Of a DNA stretch of 64,000 nucleotides, positions 36,460 through 50,832 are shown in pieces (the stretch's first letter is position 1; every line of letters starts with the position of its first letter). Position numbers and translations under genes: made by a program. The notes under the pieces were generated by a model that did no database searches, was not told the DNA's origin, and saw only the letters and a program-made list of their open reading frames with translations. This DNA comes from Entomortierella parvispora E1425 (Eukaryota > Fungi > Mortierellomycota): contig BQFW01000002.1 of assembly GCA_020891255.1 (NCBI GenBank), positions 248,001 to 312,000 of the forward strand. Direction: 5' to 3'.

Positions 36460-36899
36460 AAACACCGCTCGAAAAGAGACAGCAGGACCATCGTAATAAA
36501 CGGACAATCATGTTTTATAGACCACTTTGAAACTCCCGGGGGACACCTTCTATCTGGAAGCTTGCTAGGGGAAAAAAAGGAAAAAGAGAATGTATGTACA
36601 ACTTGGTGATTTTATTGTCTTTCAAATAGAAATGTGTTTTTTTTGGGTCTCTGAAGAGATTTGAGGGGGTTTTCTGGTCAGTGCGTTTGAAAAAAAAGGA
36701 AATGAAAAAGAGAGAGAAAAAAAAGTCATGATACAATCTATTGAAAGAAAAAAAAAAGCAAAAGAAATGAAAGCAGCGGAGGCAACAGTGGGCATAACAA
36801 AAAGAACAAGTTTTGGATGACTGGGTAACAGGGTGGTGAGGAGGGGAGAGTAGGGGAGAAAAAAAAAAGAGTCCAGACGTGATGAGGATGCAAACCATT

Positions 36900-39800
36900 T
36901 TACATCCACAAGGGACCAGCTCCAAATTGTTGATCGGCTGCCGTTGTGGCAACGGGGGCTATCCGGAGAGAGGCATCCTGCTCCAAACCCGCAGGGTTGA
37001 TGGTTCCCTGGGATCCAGCCTGACCAGCACCCGAAAAGTCAACCCAGAATCTCGATGGGTCGTACGACGTGTTGGCAAACTCGTCCGAGAGACCAGAGGA
37101 CATGGCACCGAGCTGGAAATCTTGGTTCATCTTGTTCTGAGCCTCCATGGTCAAGGCAGTCATGGTCATGGTCATAGGCATGTGGGCCTGTCCATGTTGG
37201 TGATGGTGCTGTGGTTGCTGCGAAAGATGGTGCTGTTGCTGCTGCTGTTGCTGCTGCTGTGCCAGGATCTGCATGGCGTAACGATGGCTGGGAATAACAG
37301 GCGTAGCCATGGTAGTGGCCTGGGCATTCATGGCGTTCGAATGGGCTACAGCGGCAGCAGTGTTGGCGTCCTTCATCTCCATCTCCATCTGTTGACGTTG
37401 TTGTTGGCGTTGCAACTGTTGTCTCATCAATTGCTGTTGTTGTTGCTGCTGTTGCTCCAGCTTTTGTTGCTCGCTGTCGGCCTTGGTCTCGGACTTGACA
37501 CCGGTGCCAAAGGTCTGCATTTGCTGGTACAAGCGATGGTGCTGCTGGATCTTGAGCTGCTGTTGCTTCTGTTGCTCCTTCAAGTCAACTGGCTGCTGTT
37601 GTGAGCGCTGCTGGTTGTAGTCGTAAACGAGAGAGGATGGGTTGATCGAGCCAGAGGCAAGATCGGGCGAGGTCATCATGGACAAAGTACTGGGTGTCAT
37701 CACAGTCGAGAACTGTTGGCCGGCAGAGGCCATTGCGTAAGCGTTGGAGGCGTGTTGTTGCTGAGTATGAGTCGTTGCCGAGGTGTCCATGGCGAGGATT
37801 TGCTCTGGAGTGGCAGGGGCACCCATACCCGAAGCCTCGACTTGGCGTCTCTTGCGCTTGGGCAAGCCCTCGGCCTGCTCCATGGTGACCTCATCTTGCG
37901 CATCGTGATCACCCACCTCGTCCGCAGCGGCCTTGGTGGTGGAGGCCAAGAACTGCTCCAGGACCTATACAATAAATCGAAATACAAAAAAAAAGAGGGT
38001 GTCCATCAGCAAGTCGGTCTTCAGAATAACAAACAAACTGAAACAGAATCAAAAACCCAAAGCTAATCATCGATCAGGCCCCCTTCTTACCTTGATGCCC
38101 TCTGCGACTCCGCCAGAGGTGCCGGGTGACCGCAAGAATCCTTCCAGCACACGGACGGTGCGTCGGTAGTAATCCATAGCAATCTCAGAGCCTCTCTTGT
38201 CGTAGACAGCGTTCATGGCATGAATGACTCCCGCCTGCAAGAGTGCATACAGCGTAAAACGGTTCACGACGTAGGAGCAGTGGTCCATATCGAGCGTGAC
38301 GGCAATGTCCGTGATGGCACGGCCCGACCCTGTGCAAATGGTGTTGGACTGGGCCGCAGCCGGTGAACCCGCAGCACCGACAATGTAGGGACGATGCAGC
38401 AGGATCAGCGTGGCGTTATAGACAATGTAGAGATAAGCCGGGTATATTTCGCCAGCTTCCCTGGCCAGGCTGGCAGCGTTTTTGGCATCAGCGACAACGG
38501 AGAGAGGGTGGGGCGAGCGCAAGGGCGAGGCAGGGGAGCCTCGTCTTTGAGCAGACCCGTTCGGGTTTTGCCAGCGCATCTCTGGGGTCAGGTTGCTCAA
38601 CCAAGAGGTGAGCGAGCCCTCAATGTACGAGACCATGGAGTCGTGGCCACCAAACTGAGGAGGCAGCGACTGGGTCGAGTACGAGTGCTGGAGAACACTG
38701 CCAAGGATCTAGATATAGCCACAAGAGCAGAGTTAGGTTAGTAGCCTGCTAAAAAGGTTTGCAAAAGGCTCTGCGCTATTCAATTGCGGTTGAATCATTA
38801 CCTTGATAAGACGAATCATGCAGATGAAGCCTCGGAAATCTTGAGAGGACGGGCCATCGACAATGGGCAACTCGACGTTGCTTTCTTTGCCGTGCATCAA
38901 AAGACCCAGGCCCAACCATGCCGAGAATTGATGGTCCTACGAGCGGGAAAAGATTTTTTTTTTTTTTAAAAAAAAAAGTCAGTCGGTCAGTCAGTCATTC
39001 GTCTTCAAAGTGGTCAGGTTCCAGATTCTTACCAGGATGAACATGGACCACCACAGGTACCGGAGAGCGTCGGCCTCGGGACCGCTGACCATCTCTGGGT
39101 CGCGATTGAGTCCGAGCTCGTGAGCCATGCGAATGGCAGAGGCAAGGTAGCCGCTGCTACGAGTAGCCTTCCACTGGCCTTGGTGATGGTACTGCGACAT
39201 CAAGCACAGCGCCTGCACCGTGCTCACTCGAGGGACATCCAAGAACTCGTCCAACATCAGTCTTGCGGCGTCAAAGAACCCCTGGGTCATGGCGGCAATT
39301 CTCTGACGGGTCTCTGGGTTCGTCTTTGCGACGCCTGGAGCCTTGGAGGCCACGGCCAAGAGAGCGTTCAGGAGCAACGGAGACAGTGCAGGGACTGGGT
39401 TCTGGAGATGTTCTTGGTGACGCTCAGTCTCTTGTGGGCTGTTTCTGTTCTTTGCTGCACCATTAGCCGTTGCAGCACCGGGTAAACACAACGAGCAGGT
39501 CGCTTGTTGCCACTGCGCCATAAAAGTGGGCTTGTGGATGACGGGCAAGAACGAATTGATGTCTTCAAAGTAGGCGTTCAAGAGCTCCAGGATCGTGTCG
39601 GGGGCCAGATTGACGGGGAAAGTGCGAGAGAGAGCGGGGAGAGGGGGCTCGAGGCTCTGGGCAGAGAACTGAAGGTAGTTGCGCCCGTACTGACGCGACT
39701 GCTCGGGCGTGAGCCAAGGGAAAGGCACGGTGGTGCGCACCGATGTGGTGCCCAATTTGTCAAACATGTTTGTGAGAGCAGCCATATCCGACTGTGAGAC

Positions 39801-40451
39801 GGGGCCGGGGTACTCGCGCTGGGCGGCCAGCTGGTGCTGGAGGTGGCTGTCATTGGCAAAGGGGAGGAGCGAGGTGAGGGAGCGGTTGCGGGAGACAAGA
39901 GGCGAGTGGCGGCCCAGAGGCGACGCCGTGACCGAGCCCGAGCGGGCGCCGCGGCCAGAGATGGAAGTGTTGGCGGGGGTACTGGGTCGGAGAGCAGGGG
40001 AAGCTGGGGGTTGTTTCTTGACTTCGACGAGGTCGCCAAACTCGCTAGCATGACCAAAATCGTCGTCGTCGTCGTCTTCGTTGTGGTTGTGGTTGTTGTC
40101 GTCGTCTTCGTGGTCAGAGTGGGCATGGGCCCGGTCGGAGGAGCGGTGTGCAGTAGAGGAGGAGGAGGAGGTCGAGGGGACGACGACCTGCTTTTTCTTG
40201 ACAATACCGGCAAGCATGTTTTCAATCTTGCCGAGTCTGTCCTCGATCACCTCCACGTAACCCTTGGGGGGGCCACGCTTGGTGTTGCTGGTGGTGTAGA
40301 CGCACTGGGTCTTTGCAGCTTTGCATCCGCCACAGCCGTCGGGCACACCATCGCATTTGACTCTGCGTCGCCTGCAGTTATCGCATGCCTTTGTGATTTT
40401 GGATCTCTTTGAGTTGCTATTGAAGTCCAACAGCATTGGAGAGTTGAACAT
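36900..40451 (-). CDS. Zn(II)2Cys6 transcription factor with fungal-specific TF domain and poly-Q tail
   Basis: KACDNCRRRRVKCDG..CGGC..QC cluster, YF..IN..LP.IH..TF, ASAIRMAHELGLNR, LWWSMFIL; Q-rich last exon. Confidence 0.95.
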
Positions 40452-40930
40452 GTTGGGCAGTCAGCGGCACCAACAAGGGTGAGGGTGGATGGAGAGAAGG
40501 GGAGATTGACAGGACCAAGCAAAGGCGGGTTGCAGAGGGAGTTGAAGGGAGAGAGGGGGGGAAATGAAAAAAGATAAAGATAAATATAGCCGCGGGGGGG
40601 AAAAGACTGGCGGTGACAGAGGCGGGAAGAGATGATGGGAGGAGAAGGAGATGGAGATCAATCAATCCCAAGGATGGTGGTTAGGATGGGAGAGTTGAGG
40701 GGTGGAGGGAAAAAGAAAAGAGAGACCCACTAGGAAGAGGTGAGGGAGGAGAAGGGAGGATTATCCAGGACAGACGTGGTTTGTGGGGAGACAAGAGGCA
40801 GAGGACGAGAGGATAGACAGGCGAATGGAGAGTATGAGGGAGAAAGAGAGAGATGAGGGAAGGAAGGCAAAGAGAATGAAGAGTGACTAGAGCAGAGTGA
40901 ACAGAGAGAAGGGATGATGATGATGAAGGC

Positions 40931-41019
40931 AGACAGAGAGACAGAGAGAGACAGAGAGAGAGAGAGAGAGACAGAGAGAGACAGAGAGACAGAGAGACAG
41001 AGAGAGACAGAAAGAGAGA
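40931..41019. repeat. (AG)n/(AGAC) compound microsatellite upstream of the Zn2Cys6 gene
   Basis: Read directly. Confidence 0.9.
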
Positions 41020-43370
41020 AGGTGATGGGTGTCGATAGTAGGAGGGAAGAAGGGAAAGGGAAAGAAAGAGAGAGAGAAAATGAGGGAGGGATGACAAAAG
41101 CAGAAAAAAAGAGCACAAGGGAAACAGAAGAAGGGGACCACTCACACTGGACAGAGGCAGGCGGGCGGGGCGCTGGTTCGCTGGTTTGTTTTGAGTTGAT
41201 TGGGGGGTCTGCTGGGTGGTGCCCCTCTCTCTCTCTGTGTCTCCTCTCTCTATCTATCTCTCGCTGGTGGTCGTCCTTATACCTCTCTCTCTCTCTCTCT
41301 TTCTGGGTCTGTCGATCTTGACGTTCTCTCTGTAGGTACTGTAGGTACTGGCCAGTACAGTACATCTGCCGGTACCTTCTTCCTTCTTCCTCTCTTTCTT
41401 CCAGACGAGTTCATCCTTTCCATCTGCCCATCCCGAAATAAAATGAAATAAAGAAATAAAAAATAAAAAGAGAACAGGGCGTCGCGCTGCCTGCTGGACT
41501 CCTTTCGTCTCTGTCTCTGTGCTGAAATAAGAACAGCGCCCTCTCACAAAAAGTCAAAAGGGTCGAGACTGCAAACGACCGGACCACAGCCCACCCGGCA
41601 GGTGTCCACGGCTGTCACGAAACGACTATTGACTCCCCCTAGTTCTTCCCTCCACCTTTTTTGTCACCTTGTCATTCTTCCATCCTGGACTGGATGGGTC
41701 TTCCTGCGACCTGTGCCTTGGGAAAGTGAACAAGTGCAGTGAACAAGAAAGTTCACGTCGGGGGCGTTCTGTACCTTTTTGTTTTTTTTTTTTTTGTTTG
41801 GGTTGCGCTGCTGTCGGGTTCCCCTCAGTGCCTGCCCGTGTCTCTCTGCCCGCCCTGTTTGTTGCCCTGTGGTGAACGATGATGCTCCGACGATTGCAAA
41901 CACACCACCGAGGGAAGCGAAAGAGCGTGTGCCCACAGAAGAGACGCTGACCCAAACAGAGCATAAACAACAAAGAGAGCACCCTTCCCACGGAAGGATG
42001 GTTCAGCACTGGCTCCAACCGTTTCTTTTGTCATCTTGTCCCTCCAAGCCCACTTTTTTTTTTTCCCTCATTCGACTGCACTCTGCATTCATCTGTTGAC
42101 AGTCAGGACTTTTCTTCTTTGGCCACTCCTCTATCTGTCTCTCTGGCAAGAGAGACGCAGTGTTTGTGCAGACAAGGTGAAGACGGCACTACTGTGTGTC
42201 CAGAACACAACGTACAACAACAACAACAACAACAAAAACGACAAACAGGCGCCCATCTGAATTATACTTTTTTTTTTTTTTTTTTTTATTTTTTTTCTGT
42301 TGTCCGCTTGTTTTTGGCCCAGGGACCAACAGGCAAGCGCAGCGTTGGATTCAAAGAGCAGAAGCGCCACCTTCCCTGCTCCCCCCTCTGTTTTGAGCCA
42401 TGACCCAAAAACAAGAAAAAGTGCGCCAAAGAACAGGGTGCATGCCACAGCAATTGCAGGAGGCAGTTGCTCAATTAGTCTTGACTGACGAGGCCGCGTG
42501 CAGCAAGCAACACGGTCCTCTGTTCTATCCCTCAGTCGCTATCGCAACTGCACTTCAAAAAGAAAAAAAAAGTCGTCATTCTTTTCGATTGTCTACTCGT
42601 CCGCTCAAGAGCAAAAGGCTAACAAGAACTATCTTACAAGACCTCCCATCCCCCTCCCTCCCCCAATTGTCAAGGAGAAACAGAAAAACCTTTTGTCCGA
42701 TCATGTCCACACCTCGCTCCGGAAAAAAAACTGGGTGAGAGACAACGCGGACTCAGACTCAATTGAAATCACTCGTCATCATGACCTTTCTGCCTTAATG
42801 AAGAACCTGTTGCCGACCCTGGGGACACCTGTCGGGCCAGATGGACCGTATTTTGACCGACCTGGAAAAGAGAAACCAAACTCTTTTCTCTTTTCTTCAA
42901 TTCCTCGTCTTCTGCACCTTCGAAAAGGGTTTTTTTTCCGAAAATCCTGTTTGGATAAGGTCAGCAATCGGCCATTTTTCCCTTTCTCCCTGTGGTTTTG
43001 CTGTATGTAGTCATGGTCGTGAAATCAAAGAAGGACGCAGTAACAATTTTTTGGAGGACAATTTTGACTGTCTCGACATGGTTGGAGAGGCCACATTGCT
43101 TCCCCGGGTCAGACAAGAGGCAATTTACAAAACATTGATATGAATTTAGAAGATCTCACCCCTTCTCCCATCTCTCTCTCAATCAAAATGATGAATCCAA
43201 GTCCCGCTGCTCCTTTCGACGACATCATACGAAGCAGAGGTACCTAAACTGAAAAAGTTGATTTTTTTTCTCCTAGAATTCGTACACCTGTACGTGAAAA
43301 AGGTACCCACGAGACCCTGTGCGCCCTCTGAGCAGCCTGTTATGGTCTAATGCACTTTACTACTGGACGT

Positions 43371-44780
43371 CTACATATCGTTGATCCATCCTCCGACCAA
43401 AACCCCCATAGCTTCGCCATGTCCCAGTACGAACGCATGGGCCATGCCCTGGTTGCAGAGATGTGCTTGGACCTTGGGGAAGAGTTCCTGCATCTCGTAA
43501 TAGTTTTCAATTGGACTCCACTCGTCCGTCTTGCCGTAATAAAAGACAAACTTGGAGATGTGCTCTTCAATTAACGCCTTGTCCATATCCTTAATTGCCT
43601 CCATCTCCTGGCCTGCCAAGAAAAGACAATTCTTGACCACAGAGCTGTGCAGCAATTCTTGCGAAGTGACTTTTGCCATGTCTTTCTCCTGCCCTGTCAA
43701 CAGCCCAACGATTGAAGACAGCACGGGGGGAGCAGAAAAAATAAATCTCAGGGTGCTCACCAAGCCCCCGACTACCGATCGCGCCGCAGGCTTGAACATA
43801 TTCTATCGATGATTGAAGTGTGCGGTTTGAATAAGAGTTTTGTCCGCACCCAACGACTCGATCTCAAACACAATTGCAATGCCATCCATTTAAAATCTCT
43901 CAAAAACCAAATTTCATTGAATTGTTACCTTCATTTTCCGTCCATTGGGGGTATCAGCGATCCGGTGGAGGGTAGGGAACAATCCAAACACACGCTCAAT
44001 GCCATGGTTGGGACGCGCCTTCAAGACACGAAGAGCCAGCCAAGAACCCATTGAATGTCCAGCAATGACAAAACGTGTTCCAGCCGGGTATATTTCCCGC
44101 AAGCGGTCAAAAATAGCCACCTTGTTATCAACTTGCTCCTCCAAACTGAACAACTTGCTCGGATCTGTAACATGACTTCCTGCAGAATGACCAAGATGGG
44201 ATGCTAAAATAAAATAAAAATAAAAATAAAAAAGCCGCAGATGAGGAAGGCAGGGGGGAATTGGTCAGTATTGTCTGTTACATCTGCACATTTGCGCATC
44301 CCAAGCACTCCTGCACAGCTCTACACTCCCAACAATTGCTCGATCCGGGGCTATTTTGGTCCACATGCCCCTCCAATTTACCTCCAAAGATGTCAATCTT
44401 GCCCTGGCAGGTATCATGGACAGATTGCAGGAAGGGGGTATAGTAGTCGATCAAGCCCGGGTTGCCTATTTATTAATGTTTTTGAGCACAATTGAGCAAT
44501 TCGTGGATTTGAGAGTGTTGTGTTAGCTGCACATGGTCTGTACTGATAACGTTGCCTTTGCATCGGCTCATTTCTTTTTGGGCAGCTTTGAGACGAGATT
44601 GTCAATACCTGGAAGCATGAAGAGGACGGTATGGGGCTCTGAGGGTTTGAGTGTGGTTTGGTCCGCAGGAGTCTTTGCAGACCACCACAGCGTAGGCACA
44701 TTTTCACCCTGGACATTCCAAATGGCACGGACCGGACTCTTGAAGAGTGCAGCAGGGTTAACGGTTAAGGGGGTGGTCAT
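43371..44780 (-). CDS. Lipid droplet-associated hydrolase (LDAH/YPR147C-like alpha/beta hydrolase)
   Basis: LFMLPG, FSLEEQVDNK, IAGHSMGSW nucleophile elbow, LFPTL..IADTPNG, FYYGKTDEWSP, HAFVL. Confidence 0.88.
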
Positions 44781-45300
44781 GATGGGTCTTGTCGAGACAG
44801 AGTGGAGAAAGAGACGGCTGGACGAGCTTGTGGGCCGTAAATGAGCGCTTGCTACAGTCGGCAAGCAGGAATGAGAGAGTCGATGATGTGAGGATGGAAA
44901 GAGAAGAGAGGAGATGGACCGGTTGAGCATGCAGAGCGATACAGTAAGCAGATGCCGACGGCAGAGTGAGGTTGAAGGGCCGAAGGTGATCCGGTCGCCC
45001 GAATTGAACAATTGGGCTGACCGATCGTGATCTCCGTCCTCCGCCACCAAACGACGAACGTGCTGTTTCTGCTGTCTTCAGGGGGTGACACATAAAAGGC
45101 AGGCAGGCACGCACACAGACCGACCGACACCCCGCCTGACCGACCGACTCACGGCCACATGCCCATGATTCCAATGCATGTTTGCACAGCTGGGCCAACG
45201 ATGACAGAGTTCCATTCTCATTCTCTCATTCCTTATCTGCATCTGCATCTGCATCCCTCTTTGCTTCCTCCATTCTCTCCCCTTCTTTGCTTCCTTGCCC

Positions 45301-46621
45301 ATGGACAACTGGGTCGTTGCCCCTGTTGCCCGGTGGCTCCACCGCCAGGATCCGCCCGTCCTTGCCACCAACCTGGATGTGACTGTGGCCGACCCATCGT
45401 TGCCACCCTTGTTGGCGAAAGACGCGCAAGGGTCTGAAGAGCCTCTTTTGGACACAGGCACGCAGGATGAAGGCACACACGCATTTAGTCAGTCCGTTCT
45501 AGACAGCGATCCTGTGGACACACACTTGCAGGCACCTCGGGATGAACAGCAACAACAACAGCCCTTCAGCGCAAACACGGAGGATACAGTTCCGACAGCC
45601 GCTGCAACCACACCTCCGCGTGCAGAGGACAATGCCGATCAGTCTAGGGTAAGTTGTCATGGTCGCTGACGTTTGACCAGAAGTATGAAGGCCGAACCAT
45701 GACGCCATAGCCGATGCACGCCCAATTCCCCGGCTGGGTCAAGGCTGGTCATCAAAAGGACCATCAACAAACTAACGGGAAGAGAACAAACACACACCAA
45801 TGGACACTATTCGTCTCTGACAATCTCATCATGCCTTTTTGCCTCTATTGCTTTCTCTCGAGTTCAGATCTCGAACGCGATCAAGGGGCTCTTTGGTGCT
45901 TCACCTTTGTCACCTGAGGGAATGCGGTCATTCGCAGACAGCGATCCGACCTTTTCGTTAGATCATGGCCCAGTAGCGGATGATACTGCCGCTCGGATAG
46001 AGGCAGATCCTGGTCAGATGCCGCACTGTCAATATCAACAACAACAACTCCAAATCCTGCAACCTTCTCAGCAACCAGCTCTGCAACAACCACCTGAAGT
46101 GCAACTTGAACTAGAACCTTTGAAATCCCTCCAAGACATACCGGCTGTCGTGATCACAACAGAAACTGTGATCACAGAGCAACCTGCACCGATGCCAGAA
46201 AACGTGGCTCCTCAGTATGACGAGGCCCCTCCGTTGGGACCGTTGGGTCTTGAAAATGCCCCGAATCACCGCAGGATGAATCTTCAGACCATCGTCAGGG
46301 CTATCCAGTGGTTGGTGAGCGGTATCAAATCACCAGAAGGTTCCACCACCTCGGATGAGAACAGTCAAGAGAATGTCAACCTGGCCCGGGAGAAGGGCGA
46401 GACCACCGACAACACCCCGCGCACCAGAAGATCATCCAAGAAGAAAAGAGATCGATATCGAAGAAAGTCAGCTGCCGAAATTCGACTGCCACGGCCCACC
46501 ATTTCAAGGACTAGACTTAAGGTCTTTGTCGGCACCTGGAACATGATGGGTCGGATGCCTGATATTCAGGAGGGTCTCACGGGGTTTTTGGACGTTCGGG
46601 ACCTCAAAGAGCGACAGGACC

Positions 46622-46658
<37 letters not shown>

Positions 46659-49600
46659 GCAACAGCAGCAGCAACAATCGCGGCCTGACCACCAGCACCC
46701 GCACCCTCTTAATCACCCTCATCAAAATTTGCCGGGGACTTATACACACCCCCCAACCTTGGGATCTTCCTTGTCTGTACCCAATTTAGCCATGCCGACT
46801 CCCACGGAGAGATCTAGTGACACTCCAAGCCTCAGTTCCTACACCAACATTGACAAAAGTCAGCCCAGCCCTGCGGGAAAATCCCGCAAAAGGAGAGCGA
46901 GTGATCTTTTGAAAAAGCTGCGACATCTTTCTCGGAAGTCTTCTCCAGCAGTGAACAGCCTTGCTACTGAAAACAATAGTGCTCAATCAACGGAGCGCGA
47001 ATATTCATCATCGCCAGCCCTCATGACGCACGGTGTATTGCAGCAGCCGTTTCTGGAGATGAACGCGAAGGCGCCGTATCATATTATTGCAATCAACACT
47101 CAGGAATGCGAGCGCGAGATCCGCGAAGCCGTTCTGTTCCCATCCAAGAGCGCCTGGGAAAAGCATTTGCAGACAGCACTAGGCCCAGACTATGTTATGA
47201 TCAAAACTGAGACCATGGCGGCACTTCATATTGCCGTATTTATCTGGAAGCCGATTGAAGATCTTGTGAGTGGTAAGACCAGCTTCAGTTTTAGGAGAAA
47301 ACGACAATGTTGACAATGGGTTTGGTTAGGAAGAGGATGGTACCTAACTTTTCTGTTTGCTGTTGATTTAGCGGTGGATTCTTCAATGGTCGCAACAGGA
47401 ATCGGTGGAATAGTGGGCAACAAAGGAGCAGTGGCAGTCTCCGTGTATCTAGGCAGCATGTCATTTCTGTTTGTGAATGCACATTTGACCGGTAGGTATT
47501 ATCAAGAGTTCACATTTACGTCGCCAACTTCTTGTTTCTAACATTTATTTGTCGTCTTTTAATATGCATTGGATAGCCAATCAAGGAAACACCGTGGCTA
47601 GGAACAATGACTATAGACGGATTATACACGAGCTACAACTCAACGATGCTCCAAAGACCAATCCTCGAGGTTGGCACTTCAAAGGTGACATGAAACTCCG
47701 ACGCTACTACGACCATACTCCACAATTACAACCCCAAAAGTCCTTTCTAATGGACGTTAATCTTGACAACAAGGGGCTGCATCCAAATTCAATCAGCAAT
47801 GGCAATAGTAGTCAAGGCAGCAACCCCCAACACCTTCCCTCTCCTGTATCTGACTCGGCCGCTTCAGATCAGCCTGGGAGTAATCCTAGCAATGGCCAAC
47901 AAGGCCACCAGCAGGAGCATCACGGAGACAGCAATGGCCAGGCACACTCGCCTACATTAGCAGTCGATATTACCGACCAGTTTGACTATACCTTCTGGGC
48001 GGGAGACTTGAATTATAGGGTAGACCTTCCGAGGGCAGAAGCGGATGAGTACATCGCCCAAGGTGATCTTCAGGTAACGACAAACTTTTTTTTTCTTTTT
48101 TTTTTTTTTGCCAGGTCCACTTTTCTGATGGAGAAAAACAAGCTCAACTGGCTGCATTCATTATAGACTCTGCTGGAGCATGACCAGCTGTCAGCGCAAC
48201 GGGCCACAGGCGCCGTATTCGATGGATTCATGGAGGCTCCTATTACCTTCAAACCGACATACAAGTTTGATCCGCTTGTTCCACTCTCAGACAGCCGACT
48301 CCGTCGAAGGCGCCAAAAGACTCTAGGTCGACCCATGTCCATGATGAACATCTATGGGAGCCTTACAGGAACACTCTCTCCGCTTGCGGCACCCGAAAGC
48401 ATCGGAAGCATCAACCGACCCGCCTCTATATATTCGGCTGAAGGCAACAAGTCCTGCCCGGCCTTGATGCTGGAAGCCAATATGGGGGATGTCGGACCGC
48501 TGGCTTGGAGGTTACCACGATCTCCTGCCCCATCGACCGCGCAGGCTGATTTATCCGCTCATAAGACGACATTAGCGGATCCTGCTGAAAGTGTGACTAC
48601 AACAGACAGTTCCGACCAAGAGCCAGTATTCGCCAATATTCTCGAGGACAGTGTTTCTCGCCAAACCCATCATCGGGGCCTGTCCATGTCAAGGGCTATC
48701 GCGTCTGTCCGCCGTCGAAGGCATTCGATAATAGATGCCATCAGTCCAAAGCATCATTCTCCGGAGCATGAGCAAGAGCCAGGGCATGGATTAGAACAAG
48801 GACAGCAGCAGCCTCACGACCGTTGTGATTCTGGAGATCTTTTGATCCGGGTTCTGGATCCCAAGTGTAAATCCAGTGATGGCACCATTCTTGATGCAGA
48901 TGAAGAGCCGGCTGTGAACACTATCATCAAAGGCGACCGATATCCAGCGTTTGAGCGTGATGCGAAGGATCTTGAGCAACAATGTGCGTTCTATGGCTCG
49001 GCCACGAGTATTGCCAGTCCCAAAAAACTGTCACCGGCATTGAAATTGCCCTATAATCTGGACGCACCTTTGCCCCTTCTTCCTTCCCCAGCCCCTTCTC
49101 TGTCGCCTGCACCGTCATCTTTTGGACCGGATGAGAATCAGGGCGGTCCGTTGACCAATCGAATCACCAGCGATGAACAACTGTCAGTGGAGCAAGAGCG
49201 TGAACTGGAGAAGCAGCGATTATTGAAATTAGTCCGCTATGACACCTCGAGCAAGCAACGGGTACCCTCTTGGACGGATCGAATCCTGTGGAAGGCTACT
49301 GGAGGCAATTTTTATCTCCCTGCAGAGATTGGAGATGATACCAGGAGCGGCTCTCCGCCTTCCTCTATTCGGTCTGGAAGGGGTGGTGCTAAAGGGTGGA
49401 GTCTCTTGAGAAAGAATCGAACGCGACTTGCGAGTGCAAGTGGAGAAGGTGGAAGTTCACAAAGCCCGTTGAAGCAGACATCGCCGGAACTTGAACGGGA
49501 GACTACTCAAATCACGCCGGGATCACCCAGCGGTGGCATACGCGACTTTTGGCCATTCCGACTCAACACTGAGAGCCAAAAGCTGTCAAAGCTGTCGATG

Positions 49601-50053
49601 ACCAATGGGCATGGTCACAGTTCCAAGCTTCAGAACCCTCAACATCAGTCCGCGGGGGCGTCCTCTCACCGACCAAGCTTGTTGGACAGCCTAAAGTTTG
49701 ATTTCAGTTCCAAGAAGCGACATCACCGCGGACAGTCCAACGAACTGGGTGCCTCATCATCCACTTCGACCGCCAGAAGGAATCTACTGTCGGTAGAGGA
49801 TGAAGACCGGGCGGCGGTGATTGTTAAAGAGTATACAGCCCACCATGAAACGGGATTGTTCTCGGACCATCGCCCCGTTACGGCTGTGTTTGCCGTTCGA
49901 TTTGACTGGAACATGACGGACCGAGGTGTTATTGGCGGCAGTAGTGACCCTCTTGAGGCACTGTTGCAGCGAGGAGGACATTATGGTACTGCGGCTTTTG
50001 GTGCCAATCGATGGGGACCTTTGGACAAAGTATTGGAGAAAATGGGAAAATAA
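45301..50053 (+). CDS. Inositol polyphosphate 5-phosphatase (EEP fold) with long low-complexity insertions
   Basis: VFVGTWNM, INTQEC, GGIVGNKGAV, FVNAHL, FWAGDLNYRV, FKPTYKFD, YDTSSKQRVPSWTDRILW, SDHRPV; poly-Q near 46620-46676. Confidence 0.93.
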
Positions 50054-50258
50054 AGATCGACCCATCGCGCTCCTCATTTTCTCCCCCCATAGATTTAAGA
50101 ATATCATGACTCCAATTAATCTATTCCTTCCGATAGAAAGAACCAATGGATAATAAAAGTATCGGATGTCCAGCTTGCAATGCTGGAGGCCTCAAAGTAA
50201 GAGGTTTGTTTTCTGTTGTTTTTGATTGTTTTTATCTATCAAAAACAAAAAAGCAAAA

Positions 50259-50832
50259 CTAAACGAAAGAGGCAGATGTAGAATGACCAAGGGTCAGGGC
50301 CAAGGTGATGATTCCCCATTTCCAGAACCCATGCCCTTCCTTGCTTCCCAGAAGGAGATAGTCAGCTTGGTTCTTTACTGCGGTGCTGCCGTTGGTATCG
50401 GCAGCGCATTGAAAGACCAAGCTCTGGGACTTTAATTGGTCCAGCAGGGACGCGAGATCAGGATCGGAGCACATGTTGGGTCGTACACAGTCCTTGGAGG
50501 CCCAGGTTGGGTCCATGAAGGCCAACTCGGCCCAGGCACAGGAGCATTTCTTGCGGAAAGTGTTCATGGCGGTGTTGGACATGCCCGCCGGTGGGGAGGA
50601 GAGGATGTTTTGGCAGGCGGGTATGTTGGAGAGGACTGTGTTGACACATTGACGGCATGCAAAGCTGATTGTGGCAGGCGATAGCGGCGGCGATGGCAGG
50701 TCGTTCAGACTGTTTCCTTGCTCCAGAGCCGTGCGAAGGGTGCGGGTGGAGGGAACACTTACGAAAGCTGACGGAGGGAAGCGGAGAGCGGTTGATTTGA
50801 TGTAGCGAGAGGCAGTGCTTAAGGTAGAAGGA
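50259..50832 (-). CDS. 8-Cys putative cell-surface protein, paralog A (5' exon unresolved)
   Basis: C-x2-C-x10-C-x22-CxC-x16-C-x5-C-x20-C and a hydrophobic C-terminus; branch point ctaac and acceptor taccag near 50833 suggest an upstream exon. Confidence 0.65.

Noticed and set aside
26425-44780. Possible secondary-metabolite cluster (monooxygenase, NmrA-like, Zn2Cys6 TF, hydrolase)
   Set aside because: No NRPS, PKS or terpene backbone gene or transporter is present, and the housekeeping gene CMC1 is interspersed.
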